Virus record (IMG/VR): IMGVR_UViG_3300037458_000421
Coordinates: 1 to 26,263 of that record
Strand: one strand, 5' to 3'
Source of the DNA: a virus
Lineage: Duplodnaviria; Caudoviricetes
Length of the DNA stretch: 26,263 nucleotides
The first letter of the stretch is position 1; each line of letters starts with the position of its first letter. Shown in pieces: positions 25,076 through 26,263 of this stretch. The position numbers were made by a program, and so were the translations under genes. Below the pieces are notes generated by a model that saw only the letters and a list, made by a program, of their open reading frames with translations, made no database searches and had not been told where the DNA came from.

Positions 25076-25648
25076 ATGCCCACGCTGGCCGATCGCGAAA
25101 CGGCGCTCTACGACGACGCGTGGGCGCTGCCGGCCTACGCCGCGCACGCCCCCGGCGAGCACTACGTGTCCGTGCTGCGCGAGTACTGCCCGCCGCCCGC
25201 GCACGTGCTGGATGCTGGCACGGGCAGCGGCAAGGGCGCGCTCGCCCTGGGCGCCGCCGGCTACACCGTGACCCTGTGCGACCTGACCGACAGCGGGCTG
25301 GTGCCCGCGGCGCGCGCGCTCACGTTCCGCCGCGCCTGCGTGTGGCGCCCGCTGCGCCCCCAGCTGCAGCTGGGCTGTGTGGACGCCGTCTACTGCACCG
25401 ATGTGCTCGAGCACCTGCCCGAGGCGCTGACCCTGCTCGCCGTGGACCAGCTGTTGCGGATCGCCCTGCGTGGCGTGCTGATCAGTGTAAGCACGCAGCC
25501 TGATGCGTTCGGGGCGTGGGTGGGCCGCCCGTTGCACCAGACCGTGCGGCCGTTCGTCTGGTGGCGCGACATGCTCGGGGAGATCGGGCGCGTGGACGAC
25601 GCACGGGATCTGGTGGGGCCGGCCGTGTTCTGGGTGACCCGATCATGA
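25076..25648 (+). CDS. Class I SAM-dependent methyltransferase
   Basis: VLDAGTGSGKG, VTLCDL, VDAVYCTDVLEHLP, LH.TV.P..WW. Confidence 0.9.
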   Translation: MPTLADRETALYDDAWALPAYAAHAPGEHYVSVLREYCPPPAHVLDAGTGSGKGALALGAAGYTVTLCDLTDSGLVPAARALTFRRACVWRPLRPQLQLGCVDAVYCTDVLEHLPEALTLLAVDQLLRIALRGVLISVSTQPDAFGAWVGRPLHQTVRPFVWWRDMLGEIGRVDDARDLVGPAVFWVTRS

Positions 25649-26263
25649 GCGTGGACTGCGGCATCGAGACGGTGGGGTTCGACACGTCGCAGACGTGCCT
25701 CAACGTCGAGGCCGACGCGATCCTCGCCAACGTGCAGGCGTCGATCCGGCGCGGGCATCCGCAGCTGGTGCGGCAGGACGGGATACGCCCGGAGCCGGTG
25801 GTGTTGCTCGGGTCGGGCCCGTCGCTGGCCGACGACGAAGACACCATCGTCGACCTGGTGCATCACGGCGCCAAGCTCGTCACGGCCAACGGCAGCTACC
25901 ACTGGGCCCTCGCGCGCCATCTCAAGCCGTCCGCCCAGGTGCTGCTCGACGCGCGCGCGTTCAACGCCAGGTTCGTCGAGCCCGCCGTCCCCGACTGTGC
26001 CTACCTGATCGCCAGCCAGTGCCATCCTGCCGTCTGGGACGCGGTGGAGGGCCGCGAGCGCGTGTGGATCTATCACCCGTTGGCCGACAACGTGGAGGGC
26101 CCGGTCAAGGACGCGCTCGATGCCTACTACCTAAAACGCTGGGCCGCCGTGCCGGGCGGCTGCACGGTGATCAGTCGCGCGCTGTGGCTGCTGCGGATGC
26201 AGGGGTACGTGCGCTTTGATCTGTTCGGCGTGGACTGCTGCGTGCGGCCCGACGCGCATCACG
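25645..26263 (+). CDS. Maf / DUF115 (MptE-like) family glycosyltransferase, 3'-truncated by the window; absent from the ORF track
   Basis: Translated by hand from ATG 25645 (ATGA coupling): ...VVLLGSGPSL...LVTANGSYHW....LKP..QVLLDAR...YLIASQCHP...GGCTV..RA.WL...GY..F.LFGVDC. Open to the window end. Confidence 0.8.
   Translation, partial: MSVDCGIETVGFDTSQTCLNVEADAILANVQASIRRGHPQLVRQDGIRPEPVVLLGSGPSLADDEDTIVDLVHHGAKLVTANGSYHWALARHLKPSAQVLLDARAFNARFVEPAVPDCAYLIASQCHPAVWDAVEGRERVWIYHPLADNVEGPVKDALDAYYLKRWAAVPGGCTVISRALWLLRMQGYVRFDLFGVDCCVRPDAHH

Noticed and set aside
1-26263. tRNA, rRNA, CRISPR array, integrase/att site, IS element, intron/intein, diversity-generating retroelement
   Set aside because: No such repeats, cloverleafs or enzyme motifs were seen; intergenic gaps are about 110 nt or less.
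1-26263. Alternative genetic code or general stop-codon reassignment
   Set aside because: TAA, TAG and TGA all end well-defined genes, and core genes are intact under the standard code.

Overview
High-GC tailed-phage (siphovirus-like) segment, coded entirely on the + strand, with many ATGA/GTGA-coupled genes. Order: nucleases and a replication initiator (1-2422), terminase small and large subunits, an RHH regulator, portal, MuF-like head protein, a split virion-morphogenesis gene, scaffold and SU10/DUF5309-type major capsid protein. A 1015-aa GT4-methyltransferase-GT2 fusion follows inside the structural operon, then adaptor, tail terminator, tail tube, tail chaperones, tape measure and tail tip/fibre. 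The right end holds holin-like genes, an M15A endolysin, an unusual post-endolysin envelope cluster, a second methyltransferase and a Maf/DUF115-type glycosyltransferase cut off by the window end. Main highlight: a candidate multi-enzyme virion protein-glycosylation system built from flagellin-type glycosyltransferases, with Asn-Ser enrichment in the capsid and tail tube proteins. Also notable: two candidate programmed frameshifts (+1 at TCC_TTT_CGC in the tail chaperone; -1 at C_CCT_TTT joining a secreted FN3-like domain to a second domain), a YadA-anchor-like mini beta-barrel where spanins would be expected, and structured RNA leaders. All family calls come from motif recognition by eye; no searches were run.
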